This document shows, in pieces, positions 50,901 to 62,665 of a DNA stretch of 64,000 nucleotides. Each line of letters begins with the position of its first letter. The stretch's first letter is position 1. The translations under genes were made by a program, and so were the position numbers. The notes under the pieces were generated by a model that did no database searches, was not told the origin of the DNA, and saw only the letters and a program-made list of their open reading frames with translations. The DNA is from Spongospora subterranea f. sp. subterranea (Eukaryota), in the NCBI GenBank assembly GCA_049724395.1, contig JAUGWO010000112.1, forward strand, positions 248,001-312,000, read 5' to 3'.

Positions 50901-53133
50901 CGTGATCATTAAGGCCCACAATGTTAGTTCACTGCAGGATGAATGCTCAAAATTACATTCAGATTTAGCTGATAGTAAGCTTGCGTCGGAATCGGCACAA
51001 GAGGTCGTATCCGATAAGCTCAAACATCTACAGAGTCAGCACCTTTCATTACAGAGCAAGCTCAAGGCAACCCGAACTAAATATCTTTCGGCTTCGAACT
51101 CCTTAAAGCAGGCAACTTGCGAACTTGATCAGTGTAATCTCACATTTCCCTTGTTATTAACGAGAGTTATGACGCGTTCGCTTTATTAACAGTTTTAAAC
51201 TAGGCTAGACAAATTCTGATTATTAACATGTATTCTGTTATCAGGCAATATCGAGATTCAACGGCTCACTGGTTTGCTGGAAAGCAAAGAACGTCTTATT
51301 TCCACTTTAAATTCCAGCTCAGAAACATCGCAACCTGGTGTGGTTTTCTGTTTCGAATCCTGTTTTCACCTAACAGTGATCAGGATGTGGAAGTGTGTCC
51401 CGTTCGTGTAGCCCCATCAGAGGCGATCTGGTTTGCGTTAGCATTGCTGTGCAGTGTGACGACGTCGCTGAAGACGCCAACAAATCCATTACTGGGTTAT
51501 GGGAAGCGAAAAAGAAGCAGGAAAAGAGGGCAGATTTGTTGAAGGTTGGATCTGCTCAAGGCTGTCTTGTGTCTGCTGACATTCGCTTGATTTAGGCCAA
51601 GCTGAAAGAGAAAACCGAACAACTTTCTGCCGCCGAATCACTGGTTTCTGATTTATCCTTCAAGCTGGAGAATGCCAAACAGGATGTTGCTGAGCTTAAT
51701 GCCAGATTACAGTCACTTCAAAAATCGCGTTCGAATTCACGTTGCGTTGTTGAGAATTTAGAATCAGTTGAAGAACTGCGGCAACAACTGTTTAGCGCAG
51801 AAGAACAGATATCAACGTTGAAACGCAAGTTCGAACTGTATGATTACATCTGATAGTTTCTATGACACCTTTACTACAGGCTAACTGTAGAATGTGGCAA
51901 CCGAATATCACAACTTGAGCATGAACGAGATTCGTTGCGAATGCAGCTCAAAGACAAACCTCGCTCTGGTCTGGAGAAATCTAAGCTGAAGCTAGACCTT
52001 GATGTCAGGGAACCCATGTTCCCCCTTTTTTACGAATTTATATTGTTGTTAGGACCTAGCTCAAAAGAATCTTACGGCGAGCTGTGAGAACCTAGAACTT
52101 CGGTTTGACAAGGAGCACTCTTCCGTTATCATTAACAGGTTAAGGAAACGGATCAAACAACTTGAGCAGATCTTACCACTTCAAATTAAGACAAATGGTG
52201 GTAATGCTAAGGTTCCATTGGTTGTTAATCTTGCTTCGCCTTTCGGTGCTGACTTCTGATTGTAGGAGGTAAAAGCTCAAGAAGAACTCGTTTCAACAAT
52301 CGACTCAATGACGAAAGTAATCGATACACTAAAGCAAGAAAACGAAACACTCCGGTCAAATTCGCATTCACATACAAAATACAGCGAAGCGATTCGTGCT
52401 CTGAAAAAGGTAGTAAATGCCATCAGAGACCGAAGTTGTGTTGATGGAGTCCTGTGCACTGATTAGGCTAGAAAAGATTGGGCTGCCCAAGTTGACGCCT
52501 TGACCGCAGAACTGAACAAGAAAGGGGAGGAAATAGCGGCCCTTTCTAGAAGCGCAGCTTCCGATAAATTGGCATGTCGGTCTTTGCGTAAAGAAATTAC
52601 CAAAGTAATAGCTTCATGGTCCATAGTCAAATCGTTTTGAACCAGACTTCGTTTTTTGTAGTGTAAAAAGGAATTATCAGCTAAACACTCTGAGATATCG
52701 TTGTTGAAAGATTCTACCGATGCTCTGGAGAAGCAAGTAAAAATTCTTAGTGAAACTGTAGACCATCTTCAAATTAAACTGCATGAACAAGGTTGTGTTG
52801 ACGGTTGTCTTATTACAAACCCCACCTTAGTTTGAAAACTCAGTTGCACCTCTACCTGCACCTCCGGCTCCCTCTGCAGCGATTCCGGAATCGGTACGGT
52901 TAATCGAAATGGGAAAGCAATGCGCCGATCTGCTTGCTGAGAATGAGGTATACTCTCCAATATATTTTCGCTAAGGTGTTCTAAAGACTGATTAGGCATT
53001 GAAAACGGAGCTAAGTGCGTTCGACGTATCGTTTTTCGATGAAATCGAGGATTTGAAGTTCCAATACTCTGAGTCGTCCAAAAAACTTAGCCAGTATAGG
53101 GCAGAATTTGGAGAACTCTCAGTTGATAGATAA
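44938..53133 (+). CDS. CEP290: CEP290 ciliary transition-zone coiled-coil protein (many short exons)
   Basis: Very long spliced coiled coil with RLESE|RLEILEELR, SDEQSRIGQLHHEL, LWEAKKKQEK and the C-terminal signature ELSAFDVSFFDEIEDLKFQY. Confidence 0.85.
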
Positions 53134-53899
53134 ATAAACCGTTTATACTAATATCTATGTACACCTTTATTTGACTGGCAATTTTTCAATGAATCTTTTT
53201 CCTGGCGAGAATTGAAATATATCTCCCATTCTGACGAATATCTCTGGTAACTGAATAAACCTTTCATCCCCTATAAATGGGGTTAAAAGATCGAAGTTCA
53301 CTTGATGCTAAACGAACCTTTTTGGAACGATGAGTGGGCTGCCAGGGCGAAACCCTAATCTCGGGTTTAGTCTTGTTAATGGCCGAATTCACCATTTCGT
53401 AGTCTTGAGGGCGCATATACTTCTGATCATTATCTGAAAAGAATGGTGATATGCTGAAGAGATCTATGCAATGAGGAGTATGTCTAGTTGGGAGCCATGG
53501 CGTCTGTTCGACACGATTTTCTGTGCACAAATTTTACTTTTTCTAAAACCCAAATGCTCATTCAGAGCTTCTTACTTCGTTCTGGCTTGATTTGGAGCTT
53601 TTCAATACGCAACTTTTCTTTTCGAAGAAACTTTCCCACGTTCAACATTGACGACAGCGACGAGAGCTGGCTGCTAATTCATTGAGATCTGCAGTAGTAA
53701 GATATTTAGCTGTTATAAGTGAAATATCTTTCCAGACGAAATCTTGGGTAAAGAGCTTCGACCGTTTGCTCTGCAGAATACCGTTCTGGACATATCTCAT
53801 CAGATTATAACGGTTCAATAGTTAGATGTGTGCCAGCAATTGTTAGACACGAGTACCGTGTTGAACCAACGAAAGATTCACTGACTGACGCAAACTGAA

Positions 53900-55000
53900 C
53901 GTTGATCGTGTTGGGGAAATCAAGTCATCGTCCCTTACCGAGACCAGGAAATATTGTAGACATCGCCGTCGTCTTCTTACGTGCCAATACACTTGAGATT
54001 TCAGCCAACGCCGCGTCGTTGAGCATAGAAGTGGGATCCCGGGTGTTGTAGGATTGATTCATCATACCCTTTCCATTTGATAACACTTCCATATTCCCCA
54101 CCGAGTTCTCTGTTTCAAAATCTCCTCGATTTCATACTCGGATCGTCATCAGCGTCCCCGACTTCCAAGTTCAGATATCTGAAGTGTCAGAGGTCCCTAG
54201 GCCAAGAAATTTGTTCCCAGCTGTCAAGAGCACCATCGAAACTGGGACCAACACGTGCCCGCAATCATGTTCGCATATCGTGCAAGGGTCTCAAGGAGTC
54301 TAGGAAGATACTCCATTCCATATTTCTTATTTGGACGGGATCCTATCTTACCCTCGAATCTCATGATAACTGACTGGATGGGATGTTATTGCACCTGATA
54401 AGGAGTCATGTTGATCGTCTTCAGCAAACTCTTCAACAGGGTGAATCTGATCGTGAGGCGGTCAGAAGACGTAAAATCGGTGCAATTCAGGAAGGAAATC
54501 GATTGATTACAAATTGTAGACCTGATCTACCGTAATTCACCAACTGTTCCAAAACGAGTTGACAGGAAGCGTCATCGACATTGAAGTGAACCATGCGAGT
54601 CACCGCGGTTCTAAGCCATATTCTGTATCGGGTTCAAGACAACATTGATGGCAAGGAGGTTGTGCTACATGTTCAACGGATGCGACATGTTGGGCAATTT
54701 CAACAAGGCTCTTCAGAATCTATTACAAGTGCAACCGATGCTCTTGGGAAGTCGGGCTGACGCTGATGCCGATCCAGAGCATGAATTTGAGGAGATTTAA
54801 AACCGAGAACTCGGCGGGGAGTGCGGGAAGTGTTTATCAATTAGTACGAAATGATGAATCATTCTTATAACACCTGGGGGCCCAATTCTATGATCAGCAA
54901 CGCGGCGTTGCCGTTAGCGGGTATCCCACATGTGTCGACACCTAAGAATACGACGATGCTATTTAACAAAATCTCCTTGGGGAGGTATGCACTCCCCAAC
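53900..55000. mobile_element. Degenerate Ty3/Gypsy (chromovirus-type) integrase-chromodomain remnant, with an inverted second chromodomain copy
   Basis: Plus strand: NWDQHVPAIMFAYR (~54240-54280), DGKEVVLHVQRMR (~54650), PEHEFEEI...HSYNTWGP..ISNAA (~54770-54905). Minus strand ~54140-54020: YEIEEILKQR..IKWKGYDES. Confidence 0.7.
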
Positions 55001-55310
55001 GAGTTCTCGGTTTTAATGCTTGTACAGGACATTCTCATCGAAACTATCGAGATGTTTCATGAACGCCTGGTGGTGCTTGGCCATGAATGCTGTCCAACCT
55101 GAGCAAACGCACCGTCGATCCCTCCTGTTCTTGGTATTGATGTTGTCGCTTGATCATTTCAATGAGGCATTCTCTTTAGGTGTATTTTCTCTGTTGAAAA
55201 ATTAGAAAGCGATGAGGAAGACTGAAGACATGCAAAAACGTTGAAATCTCTGCGGAATGCAGATGAACTTGTAAACTCAGCAGGTCACGGCTAACCGGAG
55301 AACGTAAAAC

Positions 55311-55570
55311 CCCGGACCGTAACCGAAATATGCCCACCCCTGCACTATCCTGGACCGTAACCGAAATATGCCCACCCCTGCACTATCCCGGACCGTAACC
55401 GAAATATGCCCACCCCTGCACTATCCCGGACCGTAACCGAATTATGCCCACCCCTGCACTACCCGCACTACCCCGGACCGTAACCGAATTATGCCCACCC
55501 CTGCACTATCCCGGACCGTAACCGAATTATGCCCACCCCTGCACTACCCCGAAATATGCCCACCCCTGCC
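55311..55570. repeat. 38-bp minisatellite, ~6.5 copies
   Basis: Unit cccggaccgtaaccgaa(a/t)tatgcccacccctgcactat, head-to-tail with no unique spacers. Confidence 0.97.
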
Positions 55571-55600
55571 TACCCCCCATACGCCTGCGGTGGTAGCATC

Positions 55601-56889
55601 CTTCGTTGAGTTTGATGTATCGTTGGCAACGGCACCGTGAAATTGTGCCGCACTATTTTTCTTCCTTTCTTAGGGTCTGCTAATCTCAATGAGATATTCG
55701 CCACCCTTTTGCGCATTGTTGCTTCCGTTCGCTTTTGCGCATTGTTTTTTCTTCTACTGATGGATGTGAGGCTGCGCTTTGATGACTCTTGAGGCAGTCT
55801 GCCTGTTCAAAATGCGATTTCTTCCAACAAGCTTTGCTTCTAACGCTGACTCTCTGGTGCAGTGTTTGACCATCGCTATTAACATTTTCAACGTCCAACT
55901 TTCCAAATGTCTTTTTGAATTATTGATTTCGAATGTGATGCAAACTTTGTTAACAATGCTGTTGCTTCGAGTAGTCGTTCTGCGAGTGGTCGTGCTCATG
56001 GGTCCAGTTGCTGCTGATGCTATCTGAGGATCTCGACTCCTACTATTCATCACGACTACTGGACTTTTCTGCTACACGGAAGAATGTTTCCTATCTTTAT
56101 TTCAAATCACCGCATATAAAAAATCCAAGGATATTCCACAAGATTCGTTGACGAAGGTCGACCATCATCAATATCATCGCGTTTCCTAATCAGAGTCAGG
56201 CATAATCTATGAGCTAGATATGGAAGCGCAAGCCTGTTCCTGTGATCAAGGATTGGTGGAAAAGTGTGGAAACACTTGATCGCTTGTTCTAGACATTTTG
56301 GTATTGTTTGGTTCTCTCTTCCACCTGAAGAAGCCCATTCACGACAAATGCTGGCAAAGGTTGCCCTTGGCTCGTCAGAACCGCTTTCTTTTTATCAGGG
56401 ATTCGACCAATATAATACTGCCGAAATGCTCGATGAGGATCTGTCAGTCATTTTGATCACACTTCTTCTAGTGCCAATGACCTCGATGAGCAAGCCGACC
56501 CTCACCCATCTGAACAAGCAATTACAGAACGACCACTCGCAGCATTGTTACACGAATTTTGCATCACATTCGAAGTCAATAATTCAAAAAGACATTAAGT
56601 TACTTGAAGACGTTAAGAATGTTAGTAGCGAAGGTCGAACACTGCACCACAGAGTCAGCGTTAGAAGCAATGCTTGTTGGAAGAAATCCCATTTTGAACA
56701 GGCAGACTGCCTCAAGAGTCATCAAAGTGCAGTCTCACATCCATCAGTAGAAGAAAAAAAGCGAACGGAAGCAACAATGCGCCAAAGGGTGGCGGGTCGA
56801 TCTCATTCAGATTAGCAGACCCTAAGAAAGGAAGAAAAACCGCACAATCTCACGGTGCCGTTGCCAACAATGCATCAAACTCAATGAAG
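55601..56889. repeat. Diverged inverted repeat: arms ~55601-55982 and ~56525-56889, spacer ~540 bp
   Basis: Mirrored peptides RVSVRS(K/N)ACWKKSHFEQADCLKSHQSA in ORFs 55686..55898- and 56264..56815+. Confidence 0.93.
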
Positions 56890-57821
56890 CATTGATTAGG
56901 CTGGTAATAATACAACCATGAACGTTTCGAACCATGCTATTGTTTCGAATTCACTGCTGATATAAGCATAAAACTTGGCGCCAGATCCCATTGTGAAAAG
57001 TGAACCTTTCAAACCTACCGGTATATTGACTCACCTAGGACCATTGATTGTACACTTGCAGTCAGCATAACGCAAACATACTCCAGTGATCGACAGTGTA
57101 CACTTGCGGTCAGCGTATGTTCACGAGTGTATATATATCAGTTGCCCGAGACGTACAGTACCATGTACCTAGTCCAAATGCCTAAGGTTGGACCAGTTGG
57201 ACCCCGATCGTGAACAGTACACGCACTTTTTCTGCTGTTGGGCTACACCTGTGTGCTGTGTCAGGTGTACCTATAGAGTACGGAGAGGGATTCTTAAAGG
57301 AGCCTGTATACATTAAACTGTACTTATAGGGGCCATGACACATGACCTGAATCACATCGAATGGCCTTTCAACCCATCTGGTAGCCATCTTCATCTCGCT
57401 CCAATCCCTCCCCTCTCACTCGATATATTTGGGGTTCTCAAAACTATCTCGGTTCTCTTTACACCATGCTGTCAGCTGCGGTTCGCCAGCTACCAAACAG
57501 AACTGTTAATGTGCATTTGGAGGAGCTTTTAAGACTGTGTGCCCAATCAACAGGTTGTTCATTCTTATCATCCCAGTTTATCTCGCCCACACTTGTTTGA
57601 CTACAGGCGAATTTTCCCTCATGAACAGGAACGCTCGGAAAGCGAAGCGAGCCAACGGAAAAACACGTCCGGTCTCTAATTCGAACCGTCGTTCAAAACG
57701 ATTTGAACAAAACCGCCCTGTCAAACCTTAGTACTATCAAGCAGTCCAATGAATTCAGGGAAATTATGAACATGTATTTATAAAATTCTTTGTTGTGAGC
57801 AATGATTCGTTCCAGAGATAG

Positions 57822-58849
57822 TCATCGTGGTTTTATTAGCAAATGTGCCTTTAAATCTTTTAAAACTGTTTCAGAGAAGCCAACGTCGTCTAGGCACTGC
57901 TCTAAGATTAGTCGTACTGATAGGTCAGCATTAAATACGGCATCCTTCAACAAATTCATTTCTATCTGGGTTGAATCATAGTGCAGAATGCGACCAGCAC
58001 TAAACCCACCACTTATCAATATGCCGATTAGAGTTTGTTCCCAGTAATTGCTAACCTTGATGGCAACTTCGCCATAATTCTGGATAATATAAGGCCAATA
58101 CATTTAGTGCAGAATTGTGTCGATGCATTACACGATTGAACGAAGAACGTAGAAACATGCTCTTTTGTTAGATTAGCGTCGAGCAAAACTGTTTCAATGT
58201 TCCTGATTATAGAGAGGGAGTTTTTCTTCCTCAATAGAATATCGGATTGTGCTAGAGCCCAGAACATGTGTTTAATCATATCTGGATCAGCGGCAAGCGA
58301 TGATAAAAGGTCCATTCTCCTGTCAATTGCTCAAAATTATTGATATGTGTTGGAAGGCCATTTGAACTAACTTGGACGAAAAAGACTGCTCAAGATTCAT
58401 TAATATCGCTTGACCAGTTGCTTTCATAACCGCTAGTGAACGCTCCTTTTGATTATATTGTTGAAGCTCTAGTTCAGCTCTGGCTTCAAGATGGACAAGG
58501 GGTGATAACTCATCACAAAACAATTGGTGGTCAACTCGCGATAATAATGCAGCCATGACTTGTGTTGGACAAAAACTGTTTCGGGTTATGAAACTTATCA
58601 ACGACCTACAAATTTGATTAGAGTTTTTTTAGTTTTTTTCAGGCTATAGACAGACCTTATTGCTGATTGTGGATTGATTCCTTGCGAAAAGCATCTAGTC
58701 GATTGATCTATTCGAAGAATGTTGGGCGTCTCTAGATACGATGCCCATGCGATGGCATCATCGACTGTTTCGCCATCCCATCCTTGTATATCAGATGTGC
58801 TGGCTTGGCTGAAAACCTGCATTGCAATGCTAAACTCATCGTCATCCAT
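57822..58849 (-). CDS. FANCF-like protein (Fanconi anaemia core complex), multi-exon
   Basis: N-terminus FSQASTSDIQGWDGETVDDAIAWASYLE fits the FANCF pattern S.T..V..WD..TV.RA..WA.Y. A helical C-terminal part ends with YW..L...L..GGF. Confidence 0.6.
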
Positions 58850-59234
58850 ATTCTTTAGCGCCACGATCCTGATCTACCGTTTCGTGATAGGAATCCCTCT
58901 ACATACAAACATCATGACGTGCCAAAATCACTCACAAATTCCACCAGAATAGACCAGAATGCAACCACCCTGGTGTACGGAATTTGCACTGGGACGTTAC
59001 TGCAGACCTGTGGTTGACTATCTTGACGGGAAAAGAGTGTGAAATGAAGGAATGTTGGTTTTGGCTGAACCATGTTGATAATGTGGCGGCCAATTAGATT
59101 GAACTGGGAAAATGTCGTGAGCAGGACGGATTGAAAGACGGTTGAAAAGTAGTTCAGAAACAGGGTAACGTGAATGACAAAAGAGTTGTTTTCTTAAACG
59201 ACGCTTCGTGAGAATCTTACTTTTCTTTTTGTAG

Positions 59235-59946
59235 TTTTTCGTTTTGGAGAAGGACTGCGTCGACCGGAGGAACGAGGTTTGTTTGACCCACTTGCTTTCT
59301 TTGAAAGGCCGTTTCTTCGTGGGCTTGGAGAACGGCGTCTTCCGTTTCTTGACTTGGCCAACAGTTTTGTCTTCTGAGTAAACCAAGAATCATAAGTTGC
59401 TTCATGGTCATGTTGACCGGGGCATGTCTTTAGCGATTCGGGCTGCAAAAGCAGTGGCTTTATCAGCTTTGAAAGCTTCATTCTTCTGTCGATTAAGTTC
59501 GAAGCTGATAGTTATCGGGATTTCTAAATCAGAAAGAAAAGCGTCAAAAACCGAGTTATGAGCTGGAGTCCAACGTAGAGAGTTAGGATGTATAGTGATG
59601 TTGGCAGAAATAAGACTAGTGCTAAGGGAGTCCAGAAACACGCTTTTCTTTCTGATTTAGAAATCCCGATAACTATCAGCTTCGAACTTAGTCGACAGAA
59701 GAATGAAGCTTCCAAAGCTGCTAAAGCCACTGCTTTTGCAGCCCGAGTCGCTAAAGACAATGGCCCGGTCAACATGACCATGAAGCAACTTAATTCTTGG
59801 TTTACTCAGAAGACAAAACTGTTGGCCAAGTTAAAAAATGGAAGAGGCCGTTCTCCAAGACCACGAAGAAACGGCCTTTCAAAGAAAGCAAGTGGTCAAA
59901 CAAACTCGTTCCTCCGGTCGACGCAGTCCTTCTCCAAAACGAAAAA
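59235..59946. repeat. Inverted repeat: arms ~59235-59544 and ~59640-59946, 95-bp spacer
   Basis: Mirrored peptides FLSDLEIPITISFEL(N/S)RQKNEA and WFTQKTKLLAK on opposite strands. Confidence 0.95.
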
Positions 59947-59949
59947 AAG

Positions 59950-60245
59950 TCTAAAAGTTTAGACCAAGGTGTAGTTATCCATTTAGGGGAACCTATGATG
60001 GGCCGTCCGGTTTTACCTGGCTTATGGAGTTTAGGTAAAACGTGGAATTGAGGAAGTGTAAGGAAAAGATTATTCTTAAGGAATTTAAGAATAGAAGGGC
60101 TGAGCTTCAAAGCTTTTGCTTTGTCAAAGAGTAACCAGAACTTAGCTTTCAAGTGTCTACAATTAGCATCCCAATGAATTGTAAGTTCAGGGAAATGAAC
60201 ATCGATCCTAGTGTAAACAGCAGTGTTTAAATGCAACCGGACCAT
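59950..60245 (-). mobile_element. Penelope-like element reverse-transcriptase N-terminal fragment
   Basis: LPQFHVLPKLHKPGKTGRPIIGSPKWITTPWSKLLD fits the PLE motif P.FY.LPK.HK....RPI.S....T..LS..LD. It is truncated at the inverted-repeat junction. Confidence 0.85.
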
Positions 60246-60365
60246 GGCATGATAAACTTCAAAAGTTTGTAAGACTAGGCTGAGATGTGAATATCATCAA
60301 TTGATAGTAACGATTTCAGATGATTATAAATCAGAGGAGGCTTACGATGCTGTCTCAAATAGAGT

Positions 60366-60960
60366 TCAAAAAATGCTGTTCAAGTATAAAAAAGAACAGT
60401 ATTTGATGAATACGTAATCTAGCCTAAGAAAACCTGCTGGTCGTTTTCGAACGTTTTGTATGTTTTTTGCCGTATCGCAATGAAAAAGGATCTGTCCCCC
60501 TCGGTATGATCGGCCCCCACTCTGTGCTATACCGATCGCCTTTACCGGCAAGTGGATGACATCCATCTTAAGGAACCATCTCACACAATTAAGATATTGG
60601 CCGATATGGGATATGACCGACGTTGTGAACCGTCGAATGTTAAGTCCCATGTCAAACACCAACACGGAATACTCTGTAAATTTCTCAAACTTTTTGGCAT
60701 GGGTTATTGTTAATAAACAGTGCCAAATGCGTTTTCCCATTTGCGGTCAAAGCTGCACCTTAACAGGCAATATCACAATATGTTTCGAAATGTGGCGCCA
60801 GGTTGAACCAAGAACGCGAAAGATTGACGACGAAAGTAAACGGTTCACCCGTTTGATTGTCATAACGATGAAAAGTGGTGAATTATGCTCACCATTCTCT
60901 ATTGTCTGGCAGTAGTTCTAGTTCTTTTGTTCCTTGGTTCGTATTTATCGTCCACCCATT
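60366..60960 (-). pseudogene. Second well-preserved copy of the same intergenic family
   Basis: LNIRRFTTSVISHIGQYLNCVRWFLKMDVIHLPVKAIG...RGGQILFHCDT in one frame. Confidence 0.55.
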
Positions 60961-61575
60961 CCGGTTCCTTTCATCCCTCTCCGTATAGACATCCTTGATG
61001 AACATTATTACTTGAATATATCTGATCATCGCAATCCTCTACCAGGGATTCGCCAAATGTGCTTGTCGATTGGACACTGACAGCGGGTAGATCCAACAAA
61101 GCTTACATACCGCTCCCGCACACAAGTCTAATCGACAATCATCCAAGGCAACACAACCCTAAACGTTTTGATATATCTCAGACCCATCTTCACAAACCGC
61201 TTCCTGGAAGTCATATTGCTGAAACAACGAGTATAGTTCATGCATTGAAGATATTTGTTATCAACACCGTCACCCAATTTCAAAGCGGAACAGTAGGGGT
61301 GTTTTATTGAGTATGGCTGATTGTCAAATTGTGACAATCATCGCAACACCTCGCACTCTCAATCAGCAATTTTCACAGAAGGCATGTCCAACGCCGACGC
61401 ATGTCAGCCATATCGCATCATGTGCTTACATATGGGCTATCGTCAACTCAAACCTGCAATAATTTCACAATGCCTCGGTTCTTGCCATTTCAAAAGTACC
61501 TGGCAGAACGTAATCGCAATATGACGTGAGTTACCAAGAACCCTAACTGTTGAACCGTTTGGATGACGTCATTGG

Positions 61576-62385
61576 ATGGCCAACAATGAGAAAAACAGTG
61601 TGAAAGGGAATCGGTCGAAGCGGCAAAAGATCAGGTTGGTGTACCTGATTAATGAGGTAAAGGTATGGCTGATGTCGTCATGGTGTCTGGCCTGCATGAT
61701 AAAGACACGTTTGAATCGCAAGTTCGTTCCTGATCATATATCCAAACAGAACGATCATGATGGGTTCGGTCTATCCCGAACCATCTTTCACGGTCCCAAG
61801 CCGAGTTTGTGTTCTAAATGCCAAAACGATCAACAGACGTTTTTCAAGGGCAGAATTGTAGGCTGCCAGCGTGGTGCGAACCAAGCAAAAGAATCCAATT
61901 CAAAGGCTACAATCAAACGTAATTCGTCAATACGCGATGATTGCAAGAATCTAAAGCCAGAGGCAGCTTGCCAAGTTGGTGATGGCGAAAAAATCCATGA
62001 TGACCTCAAAAATGCAATGGAGTCGGATTTGAAGCTGGCAAGGATGTCTTTGTCGGCAGTAATGCGATCAGAGGATAAAATGTCGAAGGAATTGGACAGC
62101 ACCAAAAGGGAATTGTCATACAGAGAATCTGTCCTCAAAGACTTGCAACGGGAGACAAAACATACAATACAACAGTTGTCAGAGGTGGCTGATAAATCAC
62201 TTAAAGAACGTGACCAACTACAATGCCGGCTTGAGAAGTCCATTACTGCACTACAGGATCTGCAATTACAGAAAGACGCAGAGTGTAAATTACTGATTGA
62301 AGAGTTGGGAAACGCGCAAAGGCAACGCGACCTATGGAAGACGCGGTTTGACGAGGTTGGTTGGGGTAATAAGGGGAACTGGTGA
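61576..62385 (+). CDS. Hypothetical coiled-coil protein (boundaries uncertain, probably spliced)
   Basis: 269-codon ORF with a heptad-rich C-terminal half (ELDSTKRELSYRESVLKDLQRE...). Confidence 0.5.
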   Translation: MANNEKNSVKGNRSKRQKIRLVYLINEVKVWLMSSWCLACMIKTRLNRKFVPDHISKQNDHDGFGLSRTIFHGPKPSLCSKCQNDQQTFFKGRIVGCQRGANQAKESNSKATIKRNSSIRDDCKNLKPEAACQVGDGEKIHDDLKNAMESDLKLARMSLSAVMRSEDKMSKELDSTKRELSYRESVLKDLQRETKHTIQQLSEVADKSLKERDQLQCRLEKSITALQDLQLQKDAECKLLIEELGNAQRQRDLWKTRFDEVGWGNKGNW

Positions 62386-62665
62386 AATGCTGAGCCTCTT
62401 TTATAGTTGTCGAAAGGAATACAGATAGCGACACAAGAATCGCGGCAAATTGAGATGCAAATGGTAAACATTCTAAGAAGATAATCATAGAAAACACTTG
62501 GTCAATCTGTCGGGAACGCAACCGGTAGCAAGACTGCGGTTGGGAAAGGAATTCGAAAGTTGGGAGAATTGAACTATGGGAAAAGTACCCAAATGACGCG
62601 ATCGTCCCATAATTGCTGATGGAACAAACACCTTCCGTTAATATTTTAATAGAATATATTATCGA

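Noticed and set aside
55311..55570. CRISPR-like array (38-bp period)
   Set aside because: Units are head-to-tail with no unique spacers, there are no cas genes, and the context is eukaryotic.
58960..60300. Hammerhead ribozyme expected with Penelope-like elements
   Set aside because: No convincing CUGANGA/GAAA core was found by eye on either strand.
60715..60760. Walker-A-like GAALTANGKTHL on the minus strand
   Set aside because: Spacing is not GxxxxGKT, it lies in a short stop-bounded frame, and it is not shared by other family copies.
61830..62471. 213-aa minus-strand ORF (and many similar antisense ORFs over real genes)
   Set aside because: Shadow frame of the plus-strand coiled-coil gene; no independent motifs.
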